Made by a program: the position numbers and the translations under genes
The notes under the pieces: generated by a model
Told to the model about the DNA's origin: nothing
Database searches by the model: none
Seen by the model: the letters and a program-made list of their open reading frames with translations, nothing else
Source of the DNA: a virus
Direction: 5' to 3' (one strand)
DNA: 61,417 nt
IMG/VR virus record: IMGVR_UViG_3300045988_077264
Span: 1 to 61,417 of that record
Part shown: positions 61,390 to 61,417 of the stretch, piece by piece
Numbering within the stretch: the stretch's first letter is position 1
Layout of the letters: each line of letters starts with the position of its first letter

Positions 61390-61417
61390 TTAATGCCGGC
61401 AGCGGGACTTGAACCCG
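61390..61417. repeat. att core copy (3' part of the tRNA gene that continues beyond the window)
   Basis: Identical to 1-28. The tRNA 5' part would lie to the right of the window. Confidence 0.8.

Larger units (their letters stand above)
1..61417. mobile_element. Complete temperate siphovirus-like prophage, attL to attR
   Basis: Exact 28-bp terminal direct repeats. Integrase sits at the left end. Full packaging, head, tail, lysis, lysogeny and replication modules are present. Confidence 0.85.

Noticed and set aside
1-61417. CRISPR arrays, rRNA genes, IS elements or transposases, and reverse transcriptase/retrons.
   Set aside because: No regularly spaced repeat-spacer array is present, no transposase, RT or Cas-like ORF was found, and nothing resembles rRNA.

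Overview
The window is one complete integrated temperate siphovirus-type prophage of about 61.4 kb. The AT-rich sequence and strong GGAGG-type RBSs suggest a low-GC Firmicutes/Clostridia-like host. It is bounded by an exact 28-bp direct repeat (1-28 = 61390-61417), which is the T-arm plus acceptor 3' end of a minus-strand tRNA gene (attL/attR). Nearly all genes are on the minus strand. From right to left on that strand they run as follows. (1) terS (56938-57561). (2) An accessory RNA island between terS and terL holding small ORFs, a tRNA/tRNA-like array with a 346-nt structured RNA (54328-55607), a deoxyribosyltransferase/TIR-like protein, zinc-ribbon proteins and an RtcB RNA ligase. (3) terL, portal, scaffold, capsid, head-tail genes (with a tandem DUF2829/Tad2-like moron), major tail, G/GT chaperones, a 1756-aa tape measure, a Bro-N moron island, tail tip and fibre genes, holin and amidase. 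(4) The lysogeny switch: a CI-like repressor on the plus strand at 25749-26483, cro-like at 25344-25547, and palindromic TTTAGA operators. (5) The early region: antirepressor, SLT, Spo0A_C-like protein, SbcC-like ATPase, RecT, MBL hydrolase, SSB, replisome organizer carrying ori iterons, and DnaB. (6) A DNA-modification block: Lar, PAPS-reductase-like protein, an SNF2-helicase/MTase fusion, a C5-MTase with five TRD-like repeats, and an opposite-strand DUF4145 gene. (7) YopX, and the integrase at attL. The attR-proximal arm (58055-61231) carries an RHH/RelE/acidic-protein module embedded in six TAAGTGCATTAT direct repeats, plus a plus-strand operon of five small ORFs. Two intergenic regions of that operon fold as type II hammerhead ribozymes. 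The most interesting theme is RNA cleavage and ligation. The same phage carries hammerheads, non-canonical tRNA-like RNAs closed by an acceptor stem and T-arm, a large structured RNA, and RtcB. No CRISPR array, rRNA or transposase was seen. All calls come from reading the sequence and ORF translations by eye; no database search was run.
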